From: Mobula hypostoma
Taxonomy: Eukaryota
Assembly (NCBI RefSeq): GCF_963921235.1
Contig: NC_086097.1
Location: 227,914,001 to 227,978,000 of the forward strand
DNA length: 64,000 nucleotides
Reading direction: 5' to 3'
The first letter of the stretch is position 1, and the number at the start of each line of letters is the position of its first letter. The notes beneath the pieces are model-generated. The model was not told the origin of the DNA. It made no database searches and was given only the letters and a program-made list of their open reading frames with translations. Position numbers and translations under genes: made by a program. Below, piece by piece: positions 27,401 to 38,619 of this stretch.

Positions 27401-28030
27401 ATCCAGCATCAACCTGATTTTCCCATTCTGCCTGCAAATTTGAATATCCCATGTCTATTACAACATTATACCCTTATTACATGCATTTTTTTAATCTCCC
27501 ATTGTAATTTGTAGTCTACACCTTGGCTACTGTTCAGATGTCTGTATACAACTCCCATCAGGGTCTTTTTACCTTTGCAGTTTCTTGACTAACTACAAGT
27601 TTACATCTTCTGATCCTGTGTCATCTCTTTCCAAGGACTGATTTCATTTGTTACCAACAAAGCCACCCACCACTCTGCCTACAACCTGTCCTTTCAATAC
27701 AATGCATATCCTTGGATGTTGAGCTCCCAACTATGATCTTCTTTCAAGCAAGAGTCAGCGATGCCCACAACATCATACTGCCAATCTCTAACCGCACTGC
27801 AAGACCATTTATCTTATTCTGTATGCTGTGTGCAAGCAAATATAACACCTTCAGTCCTGTATTCATCACCCTTTTCAATTTTGGCCCATATTACACTTTA
27901 ACGCATCCCACTGACTGTAAATTTGCCCTATCTTTCCTCTCAGTCTCACTACACACTGCAACTAGTTGTACTGTAAACCAACTGCCTCATTCTCAGCTCT
28001 ATCACTCTGGTTCCAACCCATCTGCCAAAT
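24480..28030 (-). mobile_element. CR1 LINE, long fragmented copy with nested insertions
   Basis: ORF pieces KSCLTNLLELFEE, YLDFQKVFDKV, SGVPQGSMLG and KFVGDT. Confidence 0.85.
25362..25862 (-). mobile_element. Young CR1 3' fragment nested in an older CR1
   Basis: Open ORF end QRKFTRMLPGL...RGDLIEVYKMMRG...KRLLDRYMELRKIEGYG* plus (atagaaac) tail. Near-identical to 42691-43062 in the opposite orientation. Confidence 0.85.
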
Positions 28031-30191
28031 TAGTTCAACAGCCTAGCAAACAAGGATCTTGATCCCCCTCGAGTCATGTGTACCCAGTCCTTTTTGTACA
28101 GGTCGTACCTTCCCCAGAAGAGATCAGAGTGATTCAGAAACCTGAACCCCTGCCCCCTTTACCAATTCTTCAGCCATGCACTCATCTGCCAAATCATCCC
28201 ATTCTTACTCTCAGAGGCATATTTTTAAAATTATGTCTGTGCATAAGTTTTCATAAATCCTATTGTATTTCTTTCCTTCTTGTAAATGCCTGCAAGGTAG
28301 TAAATGGTAACAAATATGTAATTTGATAATAAATTTACTTTGAAACTTTAAACATGTTCAGGTGCACAAGCAGTAATCTAACGTGAAGAGTTTCTACCAC
28401 CAAGATCCAGTCTGTGGCCACGTAAGTATAGCAGGAAAGCAAACTACCTTAAAACAGGTGTCATTTGCTCCCCTTAAATACCATGACACATCACTTCATA
28501 AGATCAGCCATTCAGTGTTGTGTTCTGTGAATAACGACTTCTGTCTTTTGGACTCTGGACAGAGGCTGAAGAACATGAAGTGTTAAGTCTTTCACTTCCA
28601 AAGACTTTGTGTTGCCACAGTGCTCACAGATATGAGTGTAGAGTTCAGTTTAATCCACTCCACTGAAGAAACAATCGAGGAAGCCCCGGTTCCTGAAACA
28701 AGCAAGATCAAGGCAATCTACAAAATGGAGCACGGGCCATCACAATCCAGAGGTTCAGGATAAAGATGGCCACCATAACAGCAGGCAGAACTGTCCAGAT
28801 ATGTCTGCAGAAGATCCCAGAACCGTTTCAGCAGTGGCTTTGGCAAACAACTTAAGGACTCACTGCTTCTTGTAGATTTGTGATAGAAATACGGTTCCAG
28901 AAACATTCTTGAAGGGTGGGTTCTGCAGATGACTTCACCCTCAAAGCTGCCATGCACAACTGCCCTCCCTCGACATCTGATCTGCAGATCCAGATTGTGC
29001 AGTGTTCCGGCGATCTGAGGCAATATGTGGAAATTACAATAGTCCTCACTCGGCACCGCTGTGGTCAATGGTGCCAGCCTTCTATAGCAGCAAGTGGGCT
29101 TCTTAATATTCTCAGGAGACAGCAGGGTGAGTGTCAGATTTGTTTGTGGCCTGGCCCTATAGAAAACTTCACTTTGGGGTAATGAGCACTTCGCATGCCT
29201 GTGTAACAGGCCAATGCTTCAAGTGGTGGAAAAATCCCGTATTTTCTTGAAATACTCTGTGCACATTGTGGGTGTGCCGAACTTGACAGGAAGTTGCTGC
29301 TTACATCGCCTGAACTTCCAATTATTGTGCTTTCACAATTTATTCTAACATCAATTTTCTGTTGCACAGCCGAAGAAAGGGTTTCCAACCCAATCCAAGC
29401 TGCAGCCTGATACTTTAACTAAAATCTATATGGTTCTCCCATCTGTTGCTATAGAAGCTATCTATGAGAAAACATATCAAATTTTATTATAAAGGTTTTC
29501 AAGATATTTTCCTTTTTGCTGGAAATTAATTGAAGGAGCCATAATCTTATTTCATTTTTTTTTCTACAGAAAGCATAGTATTATTTTTATTCCATCAGGT
29601 AAGACTGGGAAGGCAGCATTTATTACTCACCCCTAGTTGCCTTGAAGGTATAAACTGCCAACCATAATGTCTGCGATAGGACTGACATGCAAGTGAGACA
29701 GCACAGCACAGGGAAAGGATAGTCCCTACCCTGAAGGCACCAGTGAATTAGATGTTTTAATGAATAAAGATGGCACTTCTCAACCAGAATTTTTACCAAC
29801 TGTTTTGAAACATCAATCATATTACTTAGTGAAGCTGGAAATGATCCCATGAACCTCTCTCATTTCATTGGCAAGGTACCATAATCAACAGGATATCAAA
29901 CAAATCCTGCTGAAAATACTGTCCTCATAATCACTAGTTTCCTTATGTGCAGATAAGAAATCAGCTACTAAGGAGCAACAACTTAGTTTTAATTTATAAA
30001 TTATTCTCTCATCTTTATATCTATTAATCATCATAACAATTCTCAAACAAAGAAAAATCTTAAATGAATCCATTTAAAATATGCAATCTTTTCAGAAATA
30101 AAGCATGTATTAATTACCGATGTCCTGTATTCATTTTAAAATACAGACTTGTAAAAAGACATCATGAGATCAAGATACATAATGTGCTTAC

Positions 30192-30361
30192 CTGAATCTT
30201 TGGATGAACTGATATTAAAGAAGCTACAACACAGATAAGTGTGTTGAAGCTAATAACAAATTTATTTTCAATACAATCATCTACTGCAGTGTAGAATACA
30301 TAGCAGAGGACTGCAGTGGTTAACGACAAAACGTAGTTAAGACAGGTAACTGATAGAAGTG
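30192..30361 (-). CDS. SERINC3: SERINC3-like internal exon, 170 bp
   Basis: tcttttcag|CA CTT CTA...AAG ATT CAG|gtaagc. Translates ALLSVTCLNYVLSLTTAVLCYVFYTAVDDCIENKFVISFNTLICVVASLISVHPKIQ. ENKF.IS.N...CVVAS.IS.HPKIQ resembles SERINC3. Not in the ORF track; read by hand. Confidence 0.93.
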
Positions 30362-31262
30362 CTGAAAAGACAGAACACAGAATAATGTGATTAAAATGTT
30401 ATGATGACAACACCAATAATTTCAGAACAAAGTCTTTAAATCACAGATTATTATGCAGAAGAAATAAATGCCACTTTGTACTATTCATTAGAAAGGATGA
30501 CAAAGCACAAACTAAAAATGCACTTTAATAAAGTGCTGAAATACTGCCCAATCTTGAAGACCTTGTCTGATAATTGTATGTTTTATCCTGCTGCCTAGCT
30601 CCTCTCAGCTATCCCCGAAACTAATTGGGTTTTCCTGACACATAAGCATTTTTCTTTCCTTCTTATTCTCAATTTTCTGACTGAATCCATTCACTTGTGC
30701 AGAGATGTTTGACTTCCAAGTGTGTGCCCTGCAAAGCAGGGCTTTAGCTGATCCATTTCAGTTTGAACTGTTTTGCTTTGTATGGGCTGGTGTTTAAATC
30801 ATTTAACACATAAAGCTCAATTTCAACAGCAAACACAACCAGCTCCACGTGGGGAGAGGGCTAATCTGGCAGCAGGGCTGCCCAACTTTGGTTCCAAGCA
30901 ATCAGCTAGATGACCACCAAATCTAAAGATATTATTGTAATATAAGGTACATTATTGAGGCTTCCATTTTTCCAGTTGCATTTTCTCAGTTGGACCTTTG
31001 AGCTTAAGAGTGCAGTTTGCTTATATTGCCCATTCTTCGAGTTACCTCCATCTAAACATTCCCTAAAAAGGAGGCAAAGATCAGGCCATAAAGCTTTAGC
31101 CAGTAATAAAACAAAGTATTGCAGTGTCTGAAATTTCCATGAAGACACTAAGTAAATAGAAATTCATCTTTTGTTCTGTGATATTGCGCAGTAAAGAAAA
31201 ATTGGGGCTCACGAGTCAAAAGCAGCAAGAGTTCTCAGATTCAGATGTTGAAAATGTTGTGT

Positions 31263-31279
31263 GGTGACATCTAGTGGTG
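31263..31279 (-). promoter_or_regulatory. Candidate CTCF binding site
   Basis: Minus strand CACCACTAGATGTCACC is close to the CTCF core CCACYAGRKGGCR, in non-repeat intronic sequence. Confidence 0.35.
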
Positions 31280-31432
31280 ATACATATTAAAACAACCTGT
31301 AAAAATACAACACACACAAAATGCTGGAGGAACTCAGCAGGCTAGGCGGCATCCAGGGAAAAGAGTACAGTCAACATACATCAAAGTTGCTGGTGAATGC
31401 AGCAGGCCAAGCAGCATCTATAGGAAGAGGCG

Positions 31433-31470
31433 CAGTCGACGTTTCAGGCCGAGACCCTTCGTCAGGACTA
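31433..31470 (-). ncRNA. Minimal hammerhead ribozyme motif (intact; sense to SERINC pre-mRNA)
   Basis: Reverse complement is tagtcCTGACGAAGGGTCTCGGCCTGAAACGTCgactg. Confidence 0.8.
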
Positions 31471-31684
31471 ACTGAAGGAAGAGTGAGTAAGGGATTTGAA
31501 AGCTGGAGGGGGAGGGGGAGATGCAAAATGATAGGAGAAGACAGGAGGGGGAGGGATAGAGCCGAGAGCTGGACAGGTGATAGGCAAAAGGGGATACGAG
31601 AGGATCATGGGACAGGAGGTCTTCTCCTATCATTTTGCATCTCCTCCTCCAGCTTTCAAATCCCTTACTCACTCTTCCTTCAGT

Positions 31685-31722
31685 TAGTCCTGACGAAGGG
31701 TCTCGGCCTGAAACGTCGACTG
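31685..31722 (+). ncRNA. Minimal hammerhead ribozyme motif (intact)
   Basis: tagtcCTGACGAAGGGTCTCGGCCTGAAACGTCgactg. Confidence 0.8.
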
Positions 31723-31908
31723 CACCTCTTCCTATAGATGCTGCTTGGCCTGCTGCGTTCACCAGCAACTTTGACGTATGTTGCTTGAATTTCCAGCATC
31801 TGCAGTATTCCTGTTGTTTGTGTTAAAAGAGTACAGTCGATGTTTCGGGCGGAAAACCTTTTCTGTAATCTTTTCCTGGATGCTGCCTGTCCTGCTGAGT
31901 TCCTCCAG

Positions 31909-31913
<5 letters not shown>

Positions 31914-31948
<35 letters not shown>
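31914..31948. repeat. (GT)n microsatellite expanded from the PLE repeat's tgtgtgtg motif
   Basis: Directly visible; lies where other copies have only ttttgtgtgtgttg. Confidence 0.9.
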
Positions 31949-31949
<1 letters not shown>

Positions 31950-32951
31950 GCTCAGATTTCCAGCATCTGCAGATTTTCTCTTGTCTGTAAAAGCACAAGT
32001 TTAGAAATGACAAACACAAGAGATTCTGCAGATGCTGGAAGTGATGCAGCCAGTGTGAATTCTCTCCATGGTACATCTGTATAAATTTGAGTCTCCTCAA
32101 GCTCCTCATGAAACATAGCTGCTGTCATACCTTCTTTGTAGCTGCATTGATATGCTGGGTCCAGGTTAGATACTTACGAGATATTGAACCCCAGGAATTT
32201 GAAATTGCTCACTCTTTTCACTTCTGATCCCTCAATGAGGACTGGTGTGTGTTCCCTCACCTTTTCTGAAGTCCACAATTGCTGGAATGAAGTGCCAGAA
32301 AGTCCTATTCCGTGCTGCATTGCTCAATAACACCTGGTGGAAATCCACACAGTCATGGGGAGAACATATAAACTCCTTACAGACAGCACCAGAATTGAAC
32401 TCTGAGCTCTGGGACAGCCCAAGTGCTCTATTGCTCACCTTTGACGGGGAGATGTTCTGAGGCTAGATGCAGAGCAAAAAGCTGTAGTGCTTATGCGAGG
32501 GAATGTGCCCAAAAACCTCCACCAGTTTAGAGTCAGTGCAGGAAAAGTAACTTCATTCATTTGATTTAAGAACATAAGCAGTTGAGTTTTAGGTTCAATT
32601 AACCTTTGCAATTATATGTGTTTCATTAAATAAATTCTTATTGTTTAAGTGCAATGGATATATTGTGTACTATAGTGTTTGTAGAATGTTCAAAAATCAT
32701 TTTAAAATGTTCATCTTTTTAATTTACTGAAGTTGAATATTGTTTTAAATTAACTTATTAGTTTTTATTAATATTTTATACTAGTTAACTATTTAAATAA
32801 ATTTCAACTCTTTATATCACAGTCTCTGAAAAGTACTTAGGGTCAGAAAGCCATCAGGGCAACACAAGGAGAGGGCTTGGTAAATGACGCCATTCACTCT
32901 GCCTGGCCAAAGGGCTGCAGCAACGAGGTTATCAGGATTTTATATAGGTGT

Positions 32952-33090
32952 CACAAACAAGAGAAAATCTGCGGATGGTGGAAGTCAAAGTAATACACAT
33001 AAAACGCTGGAGGGACTCAGCAGGCTAGGCAGCATCTGTGAAAAAGAATGAACAGTCAATGTTTTGAGCCAAAGCCCTTCAACAGGACAT
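32952..33090 (-). mobile_element. Decayed Penelope terminal repeat
   Basis: aaaacgctggagggactcagcaggctaggcagcatc...cagtcaatgttttgagccaaagcccttcaacaggac includes a degenerate minus-strand hammerhead. Confidence 0.7.
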
Positions 33091-33749
33091 TTTGTATTTA
33101 ACATCTATGTGGCAGCAGAAGTTAGTGCTATCACAGGCATTGTGTGAAAGGTGAATGTGAGACACAGTTCAAGCCAAGAGCAATCTTGCCCAATATTTGA
33201 ACTTTGCACTATTAGAAGAAGGGACAGAGATCCAGTGACTGTAAATTCTAAATTAGAACAATACTGGTTACTTTTTGGCAATATTAATTGGAATACAAAA
33301 TGAGTTTCTTTTCCAGATTATCCCCATGATTACTCTGGTTATCCTAGCACAGACAGCACCTTTCCCTACCCACCCTGAAGCTTAACAAGCTTATTTTATC
33401 TCTTTTCTAGTTCTGACTAAGGTTCATCCACCTGAAATGTTAAGCTCTGTTTATCTTCCCATGGATATCACCAGGCCTTCAGTGTGCTCCCGACATTTTC
33501 TATTTTAGTTTCCGACTTACAGCATCTGCAATTTTTTACTTTTATTTTCGTGGACTCAGTTTTCTGTGGCCTGAGATTCCAGCACACAAACATCAAAGCT
33601 TCAGTTGTGCTGTTTATTATTATTAAATATTGTCACTTAAATGATAAGTGAAAAAGTGAACTCTTTCAAAGCAGTAGGAAAATGTACAAATAAAGGCTGA
33701 GTTATGCGTGAGTGTAATTATGAAGAGTAGCTAAATGAGCAACTGAATA

Positions 33750-34190
33750 TTGAAAAGCCTAGATCGGGGGGCTCACAACCATTTTTATGCCATGGACCAA
33801 TAGATACCATTAAACAAGGGGTATTTGGACCCCAGGTAGGGAACCACTGGCCTAGATAGAGTGGAGGTGGAAAAGATGTTTCCTATAGTGAGGGAGGCCA
33901 TGACCAGAGAGCACAGGCTCAGAATAGAAGGACGTCCTTCAGAACAGAGATGAGGAGGAACTTTTTTAGCCAGAAGGTGGTGAATCTGTGGAATTCTTTC
34001 CCACAGACGGTTGTGGAGGCCACGTCATTGGGTATATTTAAAGCAGAGGTTGATAGGTTCTTAATTAGTAAGGGCATCAAAGGTTATGGGAAGAAAGCAC
34101 GAGAATGGGGTTGAGAGGGATAATAAACAAGTCATGATGGATTGGCGGAGCATACTTAATGGGCCAAATGGCCCAATTCTGCTCCTTTGG
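33750..34190 (+). mobile_element. CR1 3' fragment
   Basis: agaacagagatgaggaggaacttttttagccagaaggtggtgaatctgtggaattc and the CR1 3' UTR ending gggccaaatggcccaattctgctcct. Confidence 0.75.
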
Positions 34191-34264
34191 AACTACCACA
34201 ATATTACAGTATTAGTTATTAGTAAATACAAGAGATACTGTAGCTATACTTTATTAGGAGTTTG

Positions 34265-34853
34265 AAGCAATTTGGCATGTCAACAAATACACTCAAAAAC
34301 TTCTATAGTTGTACTGTGGAGAGCATCCTGACAGGCTGCATCACTGTCTGGTACAGAGGGGGCTACTGCACAGGACCGAAAGAAGCTGCAGGAGATTGTA
34401 AATCTAGTCAGCTCCATCTTGGGCACTAGCCTACAAAGTACCCAGGACATCTTTAGGGAGCGGTGTCTCAGAAAGGCAGCGTTCATTATTAAGGACCTCC
34501 AGCTCCCAGGGCATGCCCTTTTCTCACTGTTACCATCAGGTAGGAGGTACAGAAGCCTGAAGGCACACACTCAGAGATTCAGGAACAGCTTCTTTCCCTC
34601 TGCCATCCGATTCCTAAATGGACATTGAAGCTTTGGACACAAGTTCACTTTTTTTTTAATATAAAGTACTTCTGTTTTTGCATATTTTTTAATAATCTAT
34701 TCAATATATGTAATTAATTTACTTGTTTATTTATTATGTTTTATTTTTTCTCTCTCTCTGCTATATTCTATATTGCATTGAGCTGCTGCTGCTAAGTTAA
34801 CAAATTTCATGTCACATGCCGGTGATAATGAACCTGATTCTGATTCTGATTCT
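34265..34853 (+). mobile_element. Rex1/Babar-like LINE 3' fragment
   Basis: RCLRKAAFIIKDLQLPGHALFSLLPSGRRYRSLKAHTQRFRNSFFPSAIRFLN* and a (tgattc)n tail. Confidence 0.85.
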
Positions 34854-34871
34854 GTGATGCTTTAAATCCAG

Positions 34872-35050
34872 AGTAACACACACAAAATGCTGGAGGAACT
34901 CGGCAGGTCAGGAAGCATGGACGGGAATGAATAAGTAGATGGTGTTTTGGGCCGAGACCATTCTTCAGGACTGGGTAGGAAGGGGGAAGATGTGCAGAGG
35001 TGAAGGAGGGCTAGCTAGAAGGTGACAGGTGAAGCCAGGTGAGTGGATAG
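34872..35050 (-). mobile_element. Decayed Penelope terminal repeat
   Basis: aacacacacaaaatgctggaggaactcggcagg...gttttgggccgagaccattcttcaggactgg. Confidence 0.7.
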
Positions 35051-35221
35051 TTAAGAGTGAGAAGAAGACAATGCAATGAGGAACTGACTGACCTTCCAAG
35101 GGTCAGAGACTATTCCAGTCATTTGAAGTGCAAATAATTCCTGAGTTTCACAAAAAAGGCTAGTGTAGTATTTTATCAATGCATTCAGAAAATCCAGATA
35201 CATTATACCCACACCTTCCAC

Positions 35222-36140
35222 TTGGGGATCTTTGAGACTTGGGTTCTTGGAGCTTGGCTGCAGGATCTTCGAGGCTTGGGTTCTTGGAGCTTGGCTGCGG
35301 GGTCTTCGAGGCTTGGGTTCTTGGAGCTTGGCTGCGGGATCTTCGAGGCTTGGGTTCTTGGAGCTTGGCTGCGGGATCTTCAAGGCTTGGGTTCTTGGAG
35401 CTTGGCTGCGGGATCTTCGTCTTGAAATGCAGAGATTGATAACTCGGAGGCTGGAGCTGAGAAACCGACTGGGAACTGAACATCAACATAGAACCTGGAC
35501 TTATACTTAGACAAGCCAGGACTCAACATTTCCACACCAAGGTAGGACAGGTTCACCTGTTGGGTAACAGCAGAACAGCCAGACTTACCCAACAGAGGCA
35601 AAGACAAGACATGTTCCCCCACAGGGCAACAACAAAACAGCCTGACTTACCCCACAGAGGCAAGGACAAGAAGAGACAAACAGCAAAGAACGACAGACAA
35701 TTTCATCTCTGCTTGAGGGTTGCTCCAAGTCACAGTTACAGCCAGCAACCTCCACTGGCTACAGAAACAGCCAGATCCCTACCTAGCTCAGAGTGGTTGA
35801 CGGCCACTCAGCTGGCCCAGGAAACAGCCAAATCCATACTGCAAAGACTACTCTAATGAGTGGCAACAAGGCTCCATGAAGCAGTGGTCCTCCAACCAGG
35901 CCTAGAGATCACAAATGGTTTCACTAGCCTTCCATCAGCAGGTTGCTCCAAGGAGGACTGACAAGACAAACCAGCAGCCCACACTCAACCCAAAGGCTAT
36001 ATATATTCCAAGCCCAAAGATGGGAATCAGGTGCCTATGATTAACTCAACCAAAGGAGGGACAGCTGTAAGACCCGGAGTCCTGAATCCACCGACCGGAC
36101 CGTGAACCGGAATGCGGACTTCATGGACCGGACCATGACA
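35222..36140 (-). mobile_element. Probable LTR (Gypsy/BEL-like), truncated, containing the 37-bp minisatellite
   Basis: Minus strand starts TGTCATGGTCCGG at 36140; TATA-like tatatatag near 36000; internal tandem repeats. No matching other end or TSD found. Confidence 0.5.
35230..35419. repeat. 37-bp minisatellite, ~5 copies
   Basis: Unit cttcgaggcttgggttcttggagcttggctgcgggat starts at 35230, 35267, 35304, 35341 and 35378. Confidence 0.95.
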
Positions 36141-37130
36141 CCTCTGCCTTAAATACACCCACTGACCTGGCCTCCACAGCTGTATGTAGCAACAAATTCA
36201 CCACCTCTGGCTAAATAAATTCCTCCTCATATCTATTCTAAATGCACATCTCTCTATTCTAAGTCTTTGCCCTCTGGTCCTATACTCCCCCATTCTCGGA
36301 AACATCCTCTCCACATCCACTTTATCTAGGCCTTTCAATATTCAATAGGCTTCAATGAGCTTCCCCCCTCATTCTTCTAAATTCCAGCGAGTACAGGGCT
36401 ACAGCCATTAAACACTCCTCATACAATAAACCTTTCATTCCCAGGATTGTACTCACGAACCTCCTCTGAACCCTCTACAAAGTCTGCACATCTTTCCTTA
36501 CAACACACATCAAAGTTGCTGGTGTACGCAGCAGGCCAGGCAGCATCTCTAGGAAGAGGTACAGTCGCCGTTTCAGGCCGAGACCCTTCGTCAGGACTAA
36601 CTGAAGAAAGAGGAATCTCTTACTAGCTCTTTCTTCAGTTAGTCCTGACGAAGGGTCTCGGCCTGAAACGGCGACTGTACCTCTTCCTAGAGATGCTGCC
36701 TGGCCTGCTGCGTTCACCAGCAACTTTGATGTGTGTTGCTTGAATTCCCAGCATCTGCAGAATTCCTCGTGTTTACATCTTTCCTTAGCTAAGGGGCCCA
36801 AAAGTGTTCATAATGTTACAATTGCTTGCAAAGCCTCAGCCTCGCATCCTTGCTTTTGTACTCCACTCTTCTTGAAAGGGTAGCTTCATCACCAACTCAA
36901 CCTGCAAGTTAACCATTAAGGAATCCTGCACGGCGACTCCCCAGACCTTTTGTACCTCAGACTCAGATTTTTGAATTTTCAGCCCATTTCGAAACTAGTC
37001 TACACTTTTGTTCCTTGTACTAAAGTCCATGACCATACACTTCCCGACACTGTATTCCATCTGCCACTTCTTTGCCCATTCTCCTAAGCTGCCTAAGTCC
37101 TTCTGTTTCCTCAACACTACCTACCCCTCT
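36141..37130 (-). mobile_element. CR1 LINE 3' part, interrupted by the palindromic PLE insertion
   Basis: Homologous to 9540-10490 and 24540-25100. Confidence 0.8.
36501..36774. mobile_element. Palindromic Penelope terminal-repeat mini-element (274 bp)
   Basis: 112-bp inverted arms (36501-36612 / 36627-36738), 14-nt spacer, 36-nt tail. Perfect 13-bp TSD acatctttcctta at 36488-36500 and 36775-36787. Hammerhead motifs at 36562-36599 (-) and 36640-36677 (+) both read GAAACGGC. Confidence 0.92.
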
Positions 37131-38619
37131 AATGTTCTGTAAAAAAAAAGCAATTAGCACTAAAGTTTTAACTCTCTCTACTGATGGCTCCTGCTTAATT
37201 CAGGGCAGCTTCACTTTGACCTTTGAGTAGATATCCCTCCAGCTTTCTCCTGGAGATGGACATAGGGTCCAATCAAATAAAGAGACTGAGGAGCAGTCAA
37301 ACAATGAGGCATTTGTGTCTATAAATGTGTCTTGTTTCAGGCGACAGTGCTTATTCCGAGCATAGTTTTTTTGAAATATTTGCACAAGGCTTTAAGACTC
37401 AGAGAGCAAGTGCTTCAGTTTTTCTTCAGCAGCAAAAGCAGATAGAAGAGAAGAAATGTCTTCGAGTTCTGCTTGCTTTATCCCTGAGACTGCAGCAGTC
37501 CAGAATTCAGTTTTACCAGGCTAACAATGCCCCAGTTGTAATAAAGAATGCAAAAATGTGAACTTTACTCTCCTGATACGTATCTTTCCTCCCACAGCAT
37601 CTATTCAATGTTTCTGTTGTGTCTTGCGCTTCAGAGCACAGCTTTCCTGAAAGACAGTTTCCCACCTGCAAGGAGCGGAGCAGGTCATTCTGATCCTGCC
37701 TCCCTGTTTTTCGGAATAGAAGCATATCCCTTTAGAACAGAGATGAGGAGGAATATCTTTAGCCAAAGGGTGGAATTCATTGTCATTGATGGCCAAGTCA
37801 TTGGCATATTTAAAGTGGAGGTTGATAGGTTCTTGATTAGCAAGGGAGACAAAAGTTACAGGGAGAAGGCAGCAGAAGGGGTTGAGAGGGACATTACACA
37901 GTCATGATTGAATGGTAAAGGCACGATGGGCTGAATGGCCTAATTCTGCTCCTATGTTTTATGGTTGGAAATATTAACAATGCTGTCACATGTCCCTGGT
38001 GTACAGATGGTTCCCCTCACTTCCGGGGAGTAAAAAGTTGGTATGTGACAATGGAATAGAATCACTTTAGAAGGAAGAAGTGTGCCAAGACTTTGTGTTA
38101 AATTTCAGGATGGGGACTTCTGTGAGCTACTGATCACCTACACAAAAGACGGAACTGAGAGGTTGTTTTCAATTGTGATGTTGATCTTGGAAAAGATTGA
38201 GCGTGACAGGAGGTAAGGATCAGTACATATCCGTGACCTTATTTGAACTGAAGCCACAAAGCTTTGTATACTGTGATGTTGTAAACTGTAGTCACCCTCA
38301 TCTTGCCATATCTCACTGTGGATCAATTATGCTCATTATATCTTGCTGGGTCATGGCTGGGGATCCTAATAGAGAAATCTATGATGTTAGCTAATAGAAG
38401 CCACTTATCTTGGATTTCTCATTCATCAGTCCAAAGGAAAACACCTCCCATTTCAGCAGCAATCTCGAGATGTTACTTAGACATTGGATCATCACCAGGG
38501 CTGATGGCCTTAGTTATAACAGGCATTACAAGGAGGGTGAAGAATACTTATAGGATTGAATGATTTTGATCACTCCATCAGGACCCAATTTCTTCCTTTT
38601 ATCAGCTTTTAATTTGAAA

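Larger units (their letters stand above)
31373..31824. mobile_element. Young palindromic Penelope terminal-repeat mini-element with two hammerheads
   Basis: Inverted arms at about 31373-31542 and 31619-31783. Perfect 14-bp TSD aaaagagtacagtc at 31359-31372 and 31825-31838. Confidence 0.9.
31308..31985. mobile_element. Older palindromic Penelope terminal-repeat mini-element (host), interrupted by a younger one
   Basis: Left arm aacacacacaaaatgctggaggaactcagcagg (31309-31362) is inverted at about 31869-31920. Flanks ctgtaaaaatacaa (31297-31310) / ctgtaaaagcacaa (31985-31998) look like a TSD. Confidence 0.75.

Noticed and set aside
35051..35510. Repetitive ORFs (PQPSSKNPSLEDPAAKLQEPKP...)
   Set aside because: They are translations of the 37-bp minisatellite in rotating frames. 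The array has no unique spacers, so it is not CRISPR-like.
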